Source of the DNA: an uncultured Desulfobacterales bacterium
Lineage (GTDB): Bacteria; Desulfobacterota; Desulfobacteria; Desulfobacterales; C00003060
Direction of reading: 5' to 3'
Assembly: GCA_964502365.1 (NCBI GenBank)
Contig: CAZCWQ010000005.1
Location: 1-52,657 of the forward strand
Length of the DNA: 52,657 nt
Shown: piece after piece, positions 50,309 to 52,657 of the stretch
How positions within the stretch are numbered: position 1 is the stretch's first letter
How the letters are laid out: every line of letters starts with the position of its first letter
Notes under the pieces: model-generated
Told to the model about the DNA's origin: nothing
What the model saw: the letters and a program-made list of their open reading frames with translations, nothing else
Databases searched by the model: none
Program-made: the position numbers and the translations under genes

Positions 50309-51670
50309 ATGTCCAAGCACGTCCTAGTCGTAGACGATGAGCCTAATATGAGGCACATGATAACTGTGGTCCTTGAAAAGGCCGGGTACGCAGTAATAGA
50401 TGCTGCGGACGGCGAGGATGCCCTGTCCCTTCTGAAGAGTAAGGCCCCTGATATCATCCTCTGTGATATCCGCATGCCACGGATGGACGGTCTGACCTTC
50501 TTAAAACAATTGGCCAAGCGAGGCATCGATACGACAACTGTCGTAATGTCCGCCTACGGCACGATCGATACCGCCGTGGAAGCGATGAAGCTCGGAGCAG
50601 CCGACTACATCTCCAAGCCTTTCAAACCGGATGAGATCCTACTTAAGCTGGTACAGATAGAAGAACGGAACCGGCTGCGTCAGGAAAACCTTAGGCTCCG
50701 TGATGCTGTCCAGGAGACCTTTTCATTTCAAAATATGGTGGCCAAGAGCAGGGCCATGGGTAAAATCTTTGACAATATTCGTAAGATTACGGACTACAAG
50801 ACCACAGTCCTAATCACAGGCGAAAGCGGCACCGGCAAAGAGCTGATTGCAAGGGCGATTCATTACAACGGCCCACGAAAAAATGAGCCCATGGTCGCTG
50901 TCAACTGTGGCGGCTTGCCCGAAAACCTCTTAGAAAGTGAACTCTTCGGCCATGTGAAGGGGGCCTTCACCGATGCAATCAAAGAAAAGGAAGGACTTTT
51001 TCAGGAAGCAAATGGCGGGACCCTCTTTCTTGATGAGATTGGAGAACTGCCTCTGCCTCTTCAGGTCAAGCTTCTACGGGTCCTGCAAGACGAAATGGTG
51101 CGGCCCCTGGGAAGCACGGAATCCGTGAAAGTAGATGTAAGGATTGTTGCAGCTACAGCATCAAACCTGGCCGAGGCCGTCCAGGAGGGGACCTTCCGAG
51201 ATGATCTCTTTTACCGAATAAACGTGCTCCATATAGAAGTGCCTGCTTTGCGCCACAGGAAGGAGGATATCCCCCTGCTGGTCAATCATTTTGTTGAAAA
51301 GTTCAAAAAGCGATTAAACAAAGAACTAAAGGGGTTTCAACACGATGCTCTTCAGACCCTAATGGAATATCCATGGCCGGGGAATGTCAGAGAACTCGAA
51401 AATGTTATTGAGCGGACCATGGTCTTGACCGAGCAGCGCGAGATCCCCCTCCGTGAGCTACCGGATGAAATAAAGGGTGCCCCAGCCGGTATCGAACCTT
51501 CACCGGTTTTCAAAGGTATCTCGCTAAAGGCAAATACCATGGCACTTGAAAAAGCCCTTATTGAAAAGGCCCTGCGGGAAACCAATAACAACCGGACCCG
51601 CGCAGCCAAACTGTTGGAAATCAGTCACCCCACGCTCCTTTCCAAGATGAAAGCATACAACATTTCATGA
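50309..51670 (+). CDS. Sigma54-dependent response regulator (NtrC/AtoC family)
   Basis: REC domain (VVDDE, DIRMP), GESGTGKE, ELFGHVKGAFTDA, Fis-type HTH. Confidence 0.95.
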   Translation: MSKHVLVVDDEPNMRHMITVVLEKAGYAVIDAADGEDALSLLKSKAPDIILCDIRMPRMDGLTFLKQLAKRGIDTTTVVMSAYGTIDTAVEAMKLGAADYISKPFKPDEILLKLVQIEERNRLRQENLRLRDAVQETFSFQNMVAKSRAMGKIFDNIRKITDYKTTVLITGESGTGKELIARAIHYNGPRKNEPMVAVNCGGLPENLLESELFGHVKGAFTDAIKEKEGLFQEANGGTLFLDEIGELPLPLQVKLLRVLQDEMVRPLGSTESVKVDVRIVAATASNLAEAVQEGTFRDDLFYRINVLHIEVPALRHRKEDIPLLVNHFVEKFKKRLNKELKGFQHDALQTLMEYPWPGNVRELENVIERTMVLTEQREIPLRELPDEIKGAPAGIEPSPVFKGISLKANTMALEKALIEKALRETNNNRTRAAKLLEISHPTLLSKMKAYNIS

Positions 51671-51895
51671 AATGCCTATCCGCAAAAGCCGATGTCTCTG
51701 GCAAAAAGGGGCGATAAGAACGGGAAACTGCGGCAGCCCCTCAGTCCGTGAGAGAAAAAAATAGAAAAAGTTGATGATACCCTCATTATGGAGTTGACAT
51801 CTCAAGAATATCAATGTATGGGATGCGGAAATTAGAGGTCATGGGAATATAAAGGGACTGAGGGTCAACTTAAAACAAGAAGGAGGGCAGTAAAC

Positions 51896-52168
51896 ATGAC
51901 AAAGGCAGAGCTTGTGGAAAAAATGGCCAACGATGCCGGTATTTCCAAGGCAGCGGCAGCAGCAGCACTCAACTCTTTTACCCAAAACGTTACCAAGGCC
52001 CTTAAGAAGAAAGACGGCAAGGTGACTCTGGTGGGCTTTGGGACATTCGCAAAGGTACGGCGCAAGGCACGCAAGGGGAGAAATCCTCAAACCGGTGAAA
52101 CAATCAAGATCAAGGCTTCCAATACAATAAGATTCAAGCCGGGCAAGGCTTTAAAAGACGCCATCTAG
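51896..52168 (+). CDS. hup: HU family DNA-binding protein
   Basis: MTKAELV, GFGTF, GRNPQTGE, FKPGKALK. Confidence 0.96.
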   Translation: MTKAELVEKMANDAGISKAAAAAALNSFTQNVTKALKKKDGKVTLVGFGTFAKVRRKARKGRNPQTGETIKIKASNTIRFKPGKALKDAI

Positions 52169-52188
52169 CTACTGGCTGATAGATCGGT

Positions 52189-52243
52189 ATATTGGTTGGT
52201 TCCCATCCGAAAACAGCATTTTGTGATGGGAACCAACCAATAT
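52189..52243. repeat. 19-bp perfect inverted repeat between convergent genes
   Basis: ATATTGGTTGGTTCCCATC-N17-GATGGGAACCAACCAATAT. Confidence 0.85.
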
Positions 52244-52245
52244 TT

Positions 52246-52527
52246 CTACACATAAGTAATCTTAAACCCGTTAAACTCGCCGGTGTAGGGCTCCCATTCT
52301 ACAGCTACACTATTTACCCGGGCTAAGGGTGGACCGGTCTCGCACCACTGCAACATGGATTTCACGTCGGAATTATCCCCCTCGAATGCCGCCTCCACCC
52401 TGCCGTCCGGTAGATTCTTCACCCATCCGGTCAGGTTCCTTTCCAAGGCTGCTCGCCGCGTGTCCATTCTAAAACAAACCCCCTGGACGCGCCCGTCAAT
52501 ACACACATGAGCTCGGACCCTTTTCAT
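52246..52527 (-). CDS. acyP: Acylphosphatase
   Basis: GRVQGVCFR, GWVKNLPDGRVE, GPP. Confidence 0.95.
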   Translation of the reverse strand: MKRVRAHVCIDGRVQGVCFRMDTRRAALERNLTGWVKNLPDGRVEAAFEGDNSDVKSMLQWCETGPPLARVNSVAVEWEPYTGEFNGFKITYV

Positions 52528-52657
52528 GGCCTCTCTCCCAACAACATTTCAGTAATTACCCCTAAGAAAGTAACTCTTTGAATTCTTCATCATTTAAAAT
52601 TCTTATGCCTAACTGTCTGGCCTTGTCAAGCTTTGAACCCGGACTATTTCCTGCTAC

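Noticed and set aside
50940-50980. GAFTDA instead of GAFTGA in the sigma54 activator
   Set aside because: A common variant in this family; not evidence of novelty.

Overview
Chromosomal window, most likely from a sulfate-reducing Desulfobacterota-type bacterium (inferred from gene content and protein style). The first ~9.5 kb is a candidate extracellular electron transfer locus. It holds a cytochrome c maturation operon (ccmA tail, ccmB, C, D, E, F, with the CxxxY-type CcmE) converging on an OmcS-like hexaheme cytochrome with its own sigma54 promoter, two dodecaheme cytochromes and what looks like an eroded porin gene. Next come an IS200 tnpA element, PaaI, and the tRNA-Leu/tig/clpP/clpX/lon/tRNA-Val/tRNA-Asp block. 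These are followed by an amidase that reads into tRNA-Pro, an HD-domain pseudogene split by a 201-bp MITE, a TMTC-like TPR glycosyltransferase and hypBFCD. Further right are purA flanked by two more MITE copies, tadA divergent from tRNA-Arg(ACG), a CUT1 ABC transporter with mmsA and a class V aminotransferase, a radical SAM gene, smc, ftsY, a sigma54 response regulator, HU and acylphosphatase. The best leads are the nanowire-like cytochrome module, a GGA-hairpin sRNA candidate inside it, and a structured MITE family with a compensatory terminal change. All calls come from motif reading by eye; no database searches were run.
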